A stretch of DNA of 64,000 nucleotides from Epiperipatus broadwayi (GCA_028023455.1 JAQFVV010000002.1:33108001-33172000); one strand, 5' to 3'; positions 47,471 through 61,059 are shown, counted from the stretch's first letter. The notes: a model not told the origin generated them from the sequence alone. A program made the numbers and translations.

Positions 47471-49054
47471 CGAAACTGTAATAACGCTTTGTTTAAAGTC
47501 TGCATTTTTTTTAATCTTAATAATCTATTTACTTTTAAGACCTCGTTTCTGTTTTTAAGTGACCTTCAGTTTATTTAAAAAATAAAATAATTTTTATAAT
47601 TAAATTTGTTATAAAATCACTCTTTTATTGCTCTTTTTAATTTCAAAAAAATGTAAAACGCTATTGCATGAATAATTTTGAATAATTCTCTAAACTTTCC
47701 GTATTATTTTACTGTTCAATTTCAATTATATAAGTTGGATTATTCAGTCTTTAAAAAAATGACTATTAGAGTATATATGTTCATATTGCATCAAATTGAT
47801 AATTCAAAAATATGCTCCCTGCCCCCAATTCTCAAACTTTTTCTAAAGTGAAAAAGCTAGCTTATTAGTAAAGACTAATAGATACCACTGACTTCATTAA
47901 AAGATTTAAGAGACTGAAGCTGGCCTGTGCTCGACATATTGCTAAAAGGTATTATATTTTGACAGTCTCTAAGACGAATGAGGCAGCGATAATAATAAGA
48001 ACAATACGCACAGAATTTTATATATAACAATAGTAATAATAATGAGGTAAAAAATGTTAAGAAGGTTAAATTAATTAGGCTATAATTTATCCTCGAATGG
48101 AAATATATCATTCATATAAGGAGTAAACCAATTTCACGTGTTTTCTTATTTAACTTGCATGCACACACGCATATATTAGCAAATACATATAATCTTTTTA
48201 AAATTAACGTTCAGAAATTTAAATATATTTAGCCGACAATGTACTATTTCCAAATACAAATAAACATAATTTATACATTTACTATTACTCATTATGGTTT
48301 AATCTTTTCTTCAACAACCATTTCAACCGACAACAAATAATTATTTTCACCTACCATCACTTGACTGCTTGGAGTTTTAATTATACTCTGGTAATTTGTA
48401 TGCATATGTTTTTATTATCATATAAATTTTTACCTCAATTAAATTTCTATTAGGACGGTCACTTTTTGGAGTTTCTAGAGAAGTTTTGTGAAACAAAAAG
48501 AATGTTTCACAAGTGAAGAAATCTGTATTTACAAAATAAATAATCTTTATTAACACATATGTTTTTATATACACAAACATTCCACTCCTCCCAATTACTT
48601 TAAAAATAATAAGCCCAAACTTGATAGGTTGTCTACGTATATAGGGAGTCTTGGAAATAACTTTTTATTCATCCTCTTGAAGTAGTTAAACATGTTTTTC
48701 TTCCTATAGAAACTCTTCTTAGTTATCAGTTCATCTTAATACAGATCATTTTAAATTATCTAATGCAATATCTTTTTTTTTCTACTTCATCCATGAATGT
48801 CCAACGAAATAAAGATGGAGGCGATTAATATTTCCTCATTTTTATCCCGTTTTTTTAATTTGACAACCCGTAATTGTTTTGGTAATAATTTTTCTATTAA
48901 ACCCATCTGGGCATTCATTTTATTTTAAGAATACTGCATATGCAAATGCTTTCTCCCAATTTTGATATTTATTTTTTTATTGGTAGATGGTAATAGATTA
49001 TTAAACATCACATGATCAACATTTTTTATACTTATACAAGTTGTTTACACAAAG

Positions 49055-49480
49055 AAAAACTCTCCATACAATATCGCCACTCAGTGCAAGCCATAGTAAT
49101 CAATGAATGCAAAAAGGTTTGTGCATAAAATTCCTATCTATACTCATCTAACATTTCCAGATTAGTTTCTAGCTTGTGGCTTTCATCAGTGATGAGCCTT
49201 GGATTTGAGAGTACTGCACCTAGATCTTAGGATCCAATGCAACGCTCCAGCAGCCACCTTTTACCTTTTTAACTAACTATAAAGTGTTGAGTCCAAAATA
49301 AAAGCACAATAATGTTTTCAATTCAAGCTCATTAGCTTGTATAATTGTATAGATCTGAACTCAGTTCAGTATCCATATTTTTTGGTGGTCTTTGGTTCTT
49401 TAATAACAACAATCATCACAATCCTATTGTGCAGGATACTCTGGCTTGCACTGACTGGCACTACTGTATGGAGAGTTTTG
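49055..49480. mobile_element. MITE, long copy with ~40-bp TIRs
   Basis: AAAACTCTCCATACAATATCGCCACTCAGTGCAAGCCA / CTGGCTTGCACTGACTGGCACTACTGTATGGAGAGTTTT. Confidence 0.85.
49154..49196 (-). ncRNA. Family D hammerhead (D2), intact CTGATGA core, stems mutated
   Basis: TCATCA CTGATGA AAGC CACAA GCTA GAAA CTAA TC TGG. Confidence 0.65.
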
Positions 49481-50400
49481 CTTCTATGTAGATAGTAATA
49501 GCTTTGTCAAATGAATCTGGAATAGAATGTCATATTTGTTAACTTTGCTAAAGTCTTATTTATTGCTGTATTTGATGAAAAATGCTGGTTTTACATAGCA
49601 TTTACTAATGCTTCCAATACATCATTTATTCCAGTTATTTTCAACACATTCTTTAAATGCTGAACTACTTTCTCCCCAAGACCATTATTTTCAGGATGAT
49701 AATGTGGAGTAAGGATATATTTAATCCCTTTATACTACAAGCAATTCTTAAACTTCTGTGAAATAAAGCCTATATTATTATCAGTCACTATTATCTCCAG
49801 ATAATCATAGTTAGTAAATATTTCCTTCAGCACTGATATTGTATATCCCACGTTCATACTTTTTACTATTTTGAATTTTAGTCCATTGAGAGAATTAATC
49901 CACTATTATCAATATTATACATTCTTTTAAAAGTTCAATGTGATCCAAATGGATATGCGTCCAAGAGTCGTAGACTTTTTCTATGTTTCCAATTGTTTAA
50001 ATGGCATTTTTGCAATTTGTGGACACTACATTTTTTAACCATCTGCTCAATGTCACCAGTTAAATTTGACTACTATAGTATGGTCAGGCCAGTGCTTTCC
50101 TATTTACAATTCCAGGATGACCTTGATGCAAAAGATCCAATACACGTGCTCTGCCTTCGAGGGGAAGGAGTATGCAATATATAGTCCATATACCTCCATT
50201 GCAGACTGAAAGACCATCTCATATATTCCAGATCAGTCTTACTACTCCCATAGGAAGTGTTTTAAGCCAGCCAAATTTAATCTAGTTCATGAGTTGAAAA
50301 TGTCCTTTGTCTTACCAGTTTATTCAGCTATTACAACTGTTTAAAACTACAGAGTTTAATATGTCTATGTAGTAACTGCATATTCCTTCTCCTTATTGTC
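49481..50400 (-). mobile_element. Gypsy (K02A2.6/Mag-like) integrase relic
   Basis: RARVLDLLHQGHPGI, DIEQMVKKC, WTHIHLD, GIKYILTPHYHPENNGLGEKVVQ. Confidence 0.9.
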
Positions 50401-50549
50401 ATTCGCCATCTTTACATTAACACTTATAATCTATCCCACCCCCAGATTTATAGTTTTCTTTTTTTTATTAATAGCTCTGTTCTCCACTAAATTCTGTATC
50501 TATTATTTTTGTCTTACTTCTCAAATGTCTGGGCTTACCACAACAAAAA

Positions 50550-50660
50550 GCACAGGTGAGATATGTGGATGAAATAAGAAAGTTTGCTGGCATGTTATGG
50601 AAAAGAAAATAGTTTAAATTTGGAGAGCCCTTCATTCTATAGTGGATAAATATAATGGTT
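50550..50660 (+). mobile_element. RTE 3'-end fragment
   Basis: GATGAAATAAGAAAGTTTGCTGGCATG..TTGGAGAG.CCTTCAT matches 51215-51415. Confidence 0.7.
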
Positions 50661-51214
50661 TCAAATGATGCTGCTTATATGTATATTATTGAACATAGTT
50701 ATATGTGAAGAGTATCTTTTATAAATATTACATAAATATTTAAATAAATAGAGAGATTTGCACGAAATATATATATTGGACATGATCTACCTTTTTCCTA
50801 AGTTTATTATGGACATGGGTATCGGTTGTTTGAGATAGAATGAAGGACGAATATAGACAGAAAAATTCTAAGTTCAAATCGGTCTATTTACTTGTATAAA
50901 AAACATTCACTACACTGCATGAATAGACTAATTACATAAATATTTATAGATAGTTTGGATGTATTACTGTATGGAAATTGCTATCCAATATATACACATA
51001 TATGTACATATCATATAATTATAAATATTAGATGTGTATTAAAGCATTGTCTATAGAGTTAAATATGAATTAATATAGCAAAATCACTAAGTTTCTAAGT
51101 TCACAAATGAAACATAAACACACAGGACTCTGGTTTTGAATACAGTATTTAACTTTGATATATAAAGATGGATACATTTTATAATTTTGAATTATAAAAT
51201 ATACTAGAAGAGAT

Positions 51215-51415
51215 GATAAATAGATGGACAATTAAAATATTAAACTGGATTCCAAGAGATTTAAAAGACCCAGAAAAAGACCACATATGAGATGGATGAA
51301 TGAAATAAGAAAGTATGCAGGGATGATGTGGAGAAGAAAAGCTAAAGATCGGAGATGGATTGAACTTGGAGAGACCTTCATCCTACAGTGTATAATGTTT
51401 GATGATGATGATGAT
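51215..51415 (+). mobile_element. RTE 3'-end fragment with (GAT)n tail
   Basis: RWTIKILNWIPRD..RPHMRWMNEIRKYAGMMWRRKAKDR then (GAT)n. Confidence 0.85.
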
Positions 51416-52299
51416 GACATTTTATAACTATTCCTACATTTGTATATTTTTCTATTTATATATTTAATCAAACAAATCTTTTTTCATACAATGTTAATGA
51501 AAATAAATGTGAATACGAAGAATAGTAACTTCCCATATTTCAGTCAGAGAAAGGATAGATTTATCAAATGCCGAAATAATTATGTTTTTTTTTTTTAAAA
51601 AAAAAAAGTGGGGGGGGGGGGGCAATGTTTTTATTTTTTAAGGAGAACTAGAAAAAAAAAAAACATTAAATATTTAAGAATAGTAAAGTTTGTTTTTTAT
51701 AAAAATTTTAACTGATGATGAATTATATAATTTATTAGCCAAATAATTTGTTTATTTTACTTTGGGAAAGAATAATATAAATTCTACTATTTTGACGCAT
51801 GGAATAATATATAGTATTAATTTGTGAAGATTAAATCTTATTTCAATTAGAGATTGTCATTAATTATAATTTTAACATACTGTAAATATTATGTTTTGGT
51901 AGATTGATTAGTTTCACTTTAATCTTTTATATATTGAAACTTTATATACATGAAAACAATTTAGAAAAAGAGTCAACGTACTTGTCTAATATGCACAAAT
52001 CTGAGGTTCAAATCTGGATTGAATGAACCTATGAGATTTTTTCAAGTTAAAATGTACATTGTGCTTGTTATTAGATAGTTAACATGTAACCAATCTAGGT
52101 AGCATCCAATATTGGTCAATAAATCGATATATAGCTGTTATTTGCTAGAGGGTAATAATTAATCGGGATTGGGTTAATGATTGTTGGTGTCCAAAACAAA
52201 AAAAATAACGTAACAGGATACTATTGTCATTTTTATTGGGAGATATGTAAAATAAATAATGATGACAAATGAACTAATTGGAAAGTTGCAGATTATTAA

Positions 52300-52985
52300 C
52301 TAATTTAAATTTGATTTGGAAAGTCTGTAATCGACCAAAATAATAAATCCTTGTCAGTCTTTTTTAAAATCGCTGACATAATGGAAAAGCAAACTAAATA
52401 GTATCTTGCATTTGGTAATCTATAAATGCTAGTCATTGATATTTGCAGTGAAGGATGATGAACGGACTCCAGGTTTTTGAGATCTGATGTTTGACAAAAA
52501 TAAAAAGAGGATGCTGAATTGAAAAAAATCATCGACATTTTATTTATTCTACCAATCCAGGATATTCTTTGTTTTTCCTTATTATTGTAACCAGAGCACT
52601 AAAGTATTGCTTCAAATAAAAAAGCCATCTTTAAAGATTAGAGGATGTATTACTGTGGCAATGATACACTGAAAGTAGAAAATGAAAAAAGAGCAGTAGC
52701 TAAGGAAGACTACAAACAAAAATGTGTCACTGGATTTCTTGTAATTTTTATTGAAAATTGTACATGGTTATATGTCATTCTTCTAGAAAAGACATCAACA
52801 CAAGCTGGAAAGATTTAGCATGGATTGTTAACCCATTAATATCTTAAATAATATGTACCACAGTAATCATGCCAAGTAAGGATACTTAATAAAGGACAAG
52901 TGTAAACTAGCCCTGTAGTTGATGAAAATGTGGCATGCCACTGAACACAATATGTTATCATTCTTGATTTCAGTTCTATTATTTT
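52300..52985 (+). mobile_element. Decayed Gypsy pol fragment (RNase H-integrase zinc-finger linker)
   Basis: KEDAELKKIIDIL...SCQVRILNK..PVVDE in one stop-riddled frame. Confidence 0.5.
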
Positions 52986-52992
52986 CATGGTA

Positions 52993-53062
52993 ACAAACTC
53001 TTCATACAGTAGTGCCACTGAGTGCAAACCTTAGTAATCAACAGATGCAAAAAGGTTTGTGA
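52993..53062 (+). mobile_element. MITE left end (third copy)
   Basis: TA|ACAAACTCTTCATACAGTAGTGCCACTGAGTGCAAACC. Confidence 0.8.
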
Positions 53063-56000
53063 TATTTTAATGGTTCTATTATTTTCCTATATTTTATGGG
53101 TTTAGTATCCTTTGTAGTAATGATATCCTCTGTAAAAACTCGGTCATTGTTTATTTTATTATACAAATTGTCATCTTTATTGTTCTACAAATTCTAATCT
53201 CTTTCATTTGTAATATTTCTGATTGCAGCAGGCTTATTGCTATGATTTATGACATTTTTTTACAACTATTATTATCTGTTATGTCAATATATCAGATTAC
53301 TCTGAATATAACCATTTTCATGATAAATTTCTGTATGTGTAATTGGTCTAGCTAATTATGCATTGATGATGTCACAGAGAGATAGAGCTGATATATGCAA
53401 TACCCACACTTTTATTTTTGTATATATACTTAAGTACATTATCAATATATCAATAGCTTAACAATACGTAGTCAAAACTTTATAAACCATATTATAAGTG
53501 ACAACCCTACAGCAATTGTTTAATATGATAATATATTCTAAATACATCTTTAACTAGCTTCATCTATAGCTCATCTTTGTGTGTTTGGACCATTATGCAT
53601 GATGCCTTTTAAATGTTATTCAAAGCCCTTACAATATGATTATTTTTACAATGTTTACCAATATTTTATGAACTATTTTCCTTTTAATTAAAAAACTACA
53701 TTTTTTGTTAAATTAACGTATTTTAATTCTAACCAGTTATCAGTAACATCAACAATGTTATTATATATTGGTTAGGCTTATATAATCGTTCTAATTTTAC
53801 TACTTACTGAAACTTCTTCCTTAATTTTTCTTTTTCATATACAACAATATATCTTTTAAATAATTACTATCTTTTTACACCTTTTAAGCAAAAAATATTT
53901 ATTATTATAATTACAGTTTCAACTGTTCCTCTCAGTCTTCTTCAGATCTTATTCAAAAGATATATTGTTTTACTAAAGCTTGTGAGATAAATAGATAGAT
54001 ATACATATATATATAAAGTTAATCTTTGTTTCTTATTTATCTATGTAATTTAATCAAAATAATGATGATATTAGAAAGTGCATACAGATTATTTAATCCA
54101 TATGTTGAAAAGAAATTCCAAATTTAAAAGATTATGATCAGAAACATCTTTCTAATGCTGATTAAAGATGGTGGAAGTAACTCATAAAAAAAAACCTTTT
54201 AGCTGAAAAAAGAAATAATGTGGAAGATTATAGAATAATAAGACAAAAGATAAAAAAAAATATGTGCAGGACTTCTCAAAAATGATCTGAAGTATAAAAG
54301 GAGCAGACAAGTTGGGAAGAAGTCTTTTTTCACCTGTGTGTTTTGGGCAATTTCTCGTGCAGCATATTTTTTAAAATTAATAATAAAATGTTGCCACTTA
54401 GATCTAAACTGAACCTATTTCCCATGTGCATGTAGAACCAGATAATTCGCCAACACCTCTCGGAAAAAGTCACTTAAACCTTCGTCTAATCTTGCCTCAA
54501 TATGAATCAGAGATATGGAAGAAATGAAACCATAAAAAACAGTACTGCAGACTATCCATCGAAAGGAATCAGACTACTAAAGAGAGCAATCACCTACGTA
54601 AACACTTGAAGCTTACCGGTAAGTTAATGACCATAACTTCTATCTAGATAAAAGATTTGTGAACTGAATTTTAAATAATAAACTGTTACCGTAGACAAAA
54701 AGAAAATAGACATTAGCTAATACTTCAAAGTAAGATATTTTAATCCAAATGGTTAAAATAATTATCTGAGTATGCGTATGTTTCTTTCCAATATTATAAT
54801 TTTATTATTATAGGTGTTTAAATGTTTAATGTGTTATAATAAATCTTTCCTACTAATATAAAACTTTTAATTTTTAGTTAGTTATGTTGTTAATTTTGAG
54901 TGTTAGATTTTATTATTTAGTTTTAGAATAGTGTATAAATTACCTTGCCGATATGCTTATTTCTTAATTAAGTCCAGGAAGAATATTTTCTTAAAATAAA
55001 TTGACGGGAAATCTTAATCCCGATCTTGTAATTATTCCTTTATAAGTTACGATGTGCTTGATACAGAATCAGTGAGTCTAATAACTTTGATGCCCTCTTT
55101 TATAAATTAAAAACTGATTCGGCCATCAGTTGAAATTGTAATAATTCTTAGGTCGAGTTAATCAGGAAATATAGCTATGTTTTTAGAAATATGAGTGAAA
55201 TATTTTTCTTTGTCATAGCTTGATTAACTCACACATTCTAGTGTGTAATTTAAAGCCTATCAAAACATGAAAAATGTTATAGGAGCAAGACAAATCTATA
55301 GAGATCACTTTGAAAGAGCAACTAGTTAACTATCTTAAGTATAAGCATAATTAATTATAAATCGACCAGCATTATCAATAAGTAAAAGTAAGTATAAGTA
55401 CTCATAAGAACTATTCAAAAGTAATAACCATTCATCAGCATGAATGATCAATCAAAATACGTCAATACAATAAATCAACAGTCCATCTTGTGACTGGATT
55501 AGAAATGGATCTACTGTAGACCAGGACAACTATTTAGCCTTTGCCAGCTTGGGCAATTATTTAACAATTGATGCACCAACTTAAGTGCTCATCCATAAGA
55601 ATACCTAACCATAAAAGCAATAATGCTGGGATATTAAACCAGGCTGATCATCATCAATGCTCTGGCAACTTAGTGTACTGGCCAACTATAAACTTAATTT
55701 CTAATAAGCCTAAATTAAAATAAAATGTAGTGCATGGGCTTTAAATCATATAATCTCAGAGCCAACCAGGATATGTCAATCACACTGGATGATCCTTAAG
55801 CACTAAATACATCCCCATTCCTATAATCAGACCATTATGCACGAATCTAGCTCAGAGAACATAAGCTCTATTACTGTATTGTGACCCAGAGATGATGTAA
55901 ATATAATATTCTACAACGTGAGAATTAAGTTTACTGAAATAATTTTAACAATGAAATACAAGTTTATTCATAATAATAATAAAAAATTGAATTTAAGGTC

Positions 56001-59000
56001 TGTAGAATATAGCTATACACATATCAATTAAGCCTTCTCATTTTGATTAATATACAATAAAAAAACATATCATCTTGTAACTTACATGATTAATATACAA
56101 AATTCAAGTGACTATTGTGGTTTACCTATATGTTCCATTAGGTTTACTTAAAACCCATTCAGCACACAGGGATGTGGCTTGATATAAAATGAACGTTTGA
56201 ATTGACATTTAATAATATAAAAAAAGATTTAAAATTTATACATAAGTATTTGACAAAGATTGATATATATACACATTTCTGAACATATTTGACTTGTTAC
56301 AAAATAAATATTTTTAGTTATCACTTTTAAATGATATAAAATATCGCAATGGTTTACATAAACACATATATATCCACCCAAATGTGTGTTTTATAATATT
56401 TATTAACATATTTAAATTGACAAAATGATAAATGACAAATTTTTATATGTAATTAATTATGGATTTAACATATATGTTTGTGTACATAGGAATGTATGTA
56501 CACTTTGGTGTTTATATCCTACATTTTTTTAATATGTCAGACAATTATATTTTTCTTAGTTAATTCAATATTGAAAGTATATAAAATTCACACATGTGTA
56601 TACAAAAAAAAAATTGCACTAAAAAAAATAATGAATATAAGAGGCCAGAAATCACAAATGGTATTACAATCATCTAAGATACATAAAGTAAACAAATGTG
56701 TCACATCCTGAGATGAAGACAACCTAAATTAAGGCAGCTAACTTCAGTGAATACTCTAAATTATCTTTTCTTGAGCTTGGAGTGATGGTTTGTTTAAAAC
56801 CGAGAACTATTCATATACAATCAATGACAACCTTAATAAAGCCTGTCTATGCAACCAGATTGAACACCATTTCAGGATTTAAAACAGGCAAAACTCTCCT
56901 CATGTAATGATCCATTCAGGATTTGTTAAATTACAGCTTTAGGATGTTGTTTATACTTTGAATGAGGTGAAAATGATGGGTTTAATTGAAATTAATAAAT
57001 TGTAAGCATGGCCAGAGATTACTATAATAAACTTTTAATTGCTTTATATAAAATTATTGCCGACTAAATTGTGGCATGATAAAGAGAATAACTCAATAAT
57101 CTCTTGCCATGCCCGCTTATAAACATTTAACAAACAATTACTGACTGAAACATTTTCATTAGAGAGGAGATAAATAATACTAATGCTAGAGATTCATAAT
57201 ATTCTTTTAAAGTTCATACCTATTTCTTTCAGCAGTAAAAGCTCTAGTTCATTCTTTAGGTATTAGTATATTTCAATGGACCTTATCTGTTGAACCATAG
57301 CTATGGTAGCGGTCTAAGTTTTGATCATCATTCAAAATTCATGAGGTATCTCCAGTGGTAGTTTATTCTTTGATTGATAGCTGATTTCTTTCTGAAGCTT
57401 TGGACATTTGAGGTTTATGCATATACAGTGTAAATGGTACTGGACACAATGTCCAAGATGTTTCTTTATTAGTTAATAAATACTTTTCTGAACTCAGTGA
57501 TGGACTATGACTTGCACTCCACCAATTGGTCAGAGTGATGCAAATGGCAGCTTCCTACTCCTGCATGGCATTGAAATCAAAATACATGAATAAACATATT
57601 AGCTGGGAAAGATAAGCTATATTAATTAAAGCACACAACGGAGTAAAATCAGAATAAGAATAATAACAATAAACTTATGATCCCTATTTATATTTTTTTG
57701 GTAGGGCTTATCAGTAAAAATAGGATCCATCGGTAGTTATTTAAATCCTTCGATCTATTGATTATAGATGTCTGTTCTCCATTTTGATCTAGTTTGATTT
57801 GCCCAATCATACCATTTACCATTTTCTATCTTTGAAAGGGATTAATCAAATAACCATCTAAATTACATCAGATATTTATCTCCTTAATTAATCTGTTTAC
57901 AAGCATTTTAATTACTTTCTCTAAGAATTTCATTTCCACTTTGTAATTGTTAATAAAAAATACATTTTGCTTTAACATATTTTTAAAATAAATTTATTAT
58001 TAATTATATTGGATATATTTATCTATAAACATTACAAGCATAAATTATATTTATCTGTGCATATAAATTATACATCATAATCAAATTGTTTAAAACATTT
58101 ATTTTTAAAATTCCTTCGAATTTTTTAAATTAGGGACATGAGATGCATATATAAATATTGTTTCATTATACATTATGTATATGGCAGTAAAGCAGGTAAA
58201 TAAAGTATTATAAATTATATAAAAACATACATATGAATTATATAAAATAAGTGCATATATCCAAATAGCTTTATACGTAAGTATTATATAAATGATGACT
58301 AACGGCAATATATATTAATTCTCTAATTAGTTTGTAAAATGAGCCATATATGGTAAAAAATATATATATAAATGTGATTACAGAAGCAAACTCAGGTTAC
58401 ACAATTTCTGTCTTTACTGAAACAATAGGGCCAAAGAAATAAAAAACCCATGTGAAATCTTCAAATATCTTTTGCTGGGGATACATCTGGCAGTGCCCTT
58501 GCATGATGTGAAAAGTATGTAAAGATCACTACAACTTTAGTTTACTTTGTATATACTTGATCTATTGTTTACATAATAATGTATTTGTTTTATTAAACTT
58601 AACACCTTTCTCAGTCTCATCCACTTATTGGGCAGTACTTTGAAATTTTGACACTAAACCAGCTCGTGAATTCATGCCAGGGATATTAGTTTAGACCCCA
58701 TCTATTGTCCCGAAGACTCACACCTAGACATAACAATAAGAAAAAACTGGTAATCAGCAGCAACATTCTTGAGGTGAATAATAAGAAAATAATTTCTTGA
58801 ATGAATTATTATTTACTAGTCTTTAGAATAAGTACTTCTCTTTAGATGGAATTTTAATCTTCCCCATCAGTAAGATTTGAAACAATCCTTATATATAAAT
58901 ATATGAAATTTCTCCAATCTGTTGCCTTTGGCAGAGCATTTGCCTTAAATTTGATATTAGAGAATCTAAAAGTGCAAGTTTGACTTCTATGTGAATACTG

Positions 59001-59019
59001 TCATTGTGCATATCAGGTC

Positions 59020-59200
59020 AGCAACACCTGAAGAAGAGTGGAGAATAATACTACACGAAACATTGTGTAATTACTAACCTGTGTTGTCTATTTGTGTCTT
59101 ATTACTAACAAGTTGTTTATATTTGAGAAGTTTAAAATTTTCTATACATTCAACATTTACTAACAGATGATGGAAATACTCCAAAATATCACATGTACTG
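59020..59200 (+). mobile_element. Family E repeat with two minimal HHR-like motifs
   Basis: CAC CTGAAGA ..CTACAC GAAA CATT GTG (59025-59067) and CAGATGA TGGA AATAC TCC AAAA; homolog at 61060-61255 (minus) and partial at 61290-61345. Confidence 0.6.
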
Positions 59201-59559
59201 ATAAAAACTTGCAAATACTGCAATAGTTTGTAGTTACTGCTTCAGAAAATTTTCATTATATTAAATAACAGCATAACTGATTTATGAGATACTGCTAAAT
59301 CCCATATAAAAAGCAATCATTTTAAACCATGTTAATATTGCTTTTAAGTAACTAAAACAAAAGTTTGATTAAGTGAAAAACTTTATCCGTAAATGCTAAA
59401 ATAGAATGTATTCTAAATGTTTTGTTTTTTTCTACATAAATTAATAACTTCTGAATAAACACTAATATAATATTATTCAACTAAACGAACTTTTCTCACA
59501 CAAGAAAGAGCACGCGGAAAACATTTTAACCAAAGTTTATATCTATGTGATGTGATGTG

Positions 59560-59705
59560 ATGTACTGTAGCTTCGCCTTAAACGAAGTCAAGAATCTATA
59601 CATCATTAATACCAGCACGCCGTCTATTGGTAGGTCTACTCTTTACGCTTCTACATGGCGGTTTTATTTAAATCGAGGAGTCATTCAATCTCCTCGATTA
59701 TACGA
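59560..59705 (+). promoter_or_regulatory. Candidate promoter
   Basis: CpG-rich; reverse CCAAT (~59625), YY1-like ACATGGCG (59653), Inr-like TCATTC (59681) inside a 10-bp hairpin. Confidence 0.4.
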
Positions 59706-59918
59706 TATTTTAATAAAACTAAAAAAAATTACATTTTTTTCGTCAGTTTAAAGAATAATAAAAGAAATTAAATTATTTAGAGTAAAGAAATAAAAAAAAA
59801 TTCTACGTCAATTAAATTATTTAGCGTCTTGGCATAAATAGTTTTACCTCGGATTTTCTACCCTATAAAAATTTAGTAAGACGATTTGCATATTGGATAA
59901 TGAATAAATTCTTTTCTA

Positions 59919-60346
59919 ATGACTGTACATCACTTTGAGATTATTAGAAGTATGGAATCTAAGTCAACTTCACAATGTAAGGATTTGAAGGAAGTAACAC
60001 CTTCGCGTTCGATTCCTTTAGCTAAATCACGACTAAGATATGCTTCTTTATGGACTAAATCTCGGAGCTCGCCGAACGCAATTTGTCTTGATTCTCAAGT
60101 TTCCCAGGCAATAATTCTTCCTTCGAAATCTATTGCCACCTCGATTAAAGGACGTTATTCTAAACGTATTAGGCCTGAATATGAATCTCCTAAAAGTCAG
60201 TCTAGCAAACGAAATCCGTTAAAGGAAGCTAATCGATGTCGTACTGAATTTAAACAAGTTCCTGAAATAAGTTTTGCTGCTGTTAGTAGTAACCCTTCCC
60301 TAAAATTTGAAGGCAATAGTGCACCATTGCAAAGGGTAAAAAACTC
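59919..60346 (+). CDS. Probable first coding exon of an unknown S/K/R-rich protein
   Basis: 143-codon ORF whose stop lies inside a perfect GTAAGT donor (60347); CpG retained; second ATG at 59952 has a better Kozak context. Confidence 0.6.
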
Positions 60347-60544
60347 GTAAGTAATAATCCATATTTCATTAAATAACTTTTACCAAAAAGTATATCGCAA
60401 ATAAAAATTATTGCAAAATATTCATTGTTTATTTTTGGTAAAATTAAAAGAAAATGAGGGTTTATAAGTTACTGCTTTTTGAGATTTTAAAAATTAATAT
60501 TTTAATATAATTTTTCTAAAAAGACATCTTTATTTAATAGTCAT

Positions 60545-60765
60545 TCACTCTACCCTATACAACTGATACATATGACCACATACATATGAAAAAGGTAAAT
60601 AATGTCCAGTATATGTATTTCGTCCAGAACCAGCAATCATCAGTTGGTCCGGATCATCTCTCACACATGATGAGTGCTGCCTTAACATGAAATACTGTTA
60701 TTGATCATTTATATTTTTTATAGTTGTTGTGTGGGAGCTTGAAATTCTGGGTTCAAATCCTCTAG
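60545..60765. mobile_element. Back-to-back inverted pair of family B HHR repeats (B3 minus, B4 plus)
   Basis: Minus CCAA CTGATGA TTGCTG GTT CTGGAC GAAA TACATA TA CTGG; plus ATGATGA GTGCTG..CAT GAAA..GGGAGCTTGAAATTCTGGGTTCAAATCC. Confidence 0.8.
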
Positions 60766-61059
60766 TTTAAATATAAATACTATACTACTTGTATTTAAAT
60801 ATTAATGTTTAATCGTAATTAACAATTGTGAATTATCGATTATTTTCTTTGTAATACTTTAGAATGTGAAGGATTCCACTCAACTTTTAAGAAATTTGAC
60901 ATGTAAAGCCAATATTATTTTGGCTAAGCCAAATCATTACAAACCATTGTACTCTTAATTGTGTGCTTTGGTGAAAGTTACCAAAAAAAGTTAGGAAACA
61001 TTGTAGCCAAAGAAAGAATTTATTAGTTTTTTTTTTTACCCAACTTTTTATTATTTGCC

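Noticed and set aside
47881-47948. Plus-strand exon DTTDFIKRFKRLKLACARHIAK of a gene divergent from DEGS
   Set aside because: Weak acceptor, an equally plausible minus-strand reading, no homology recognised
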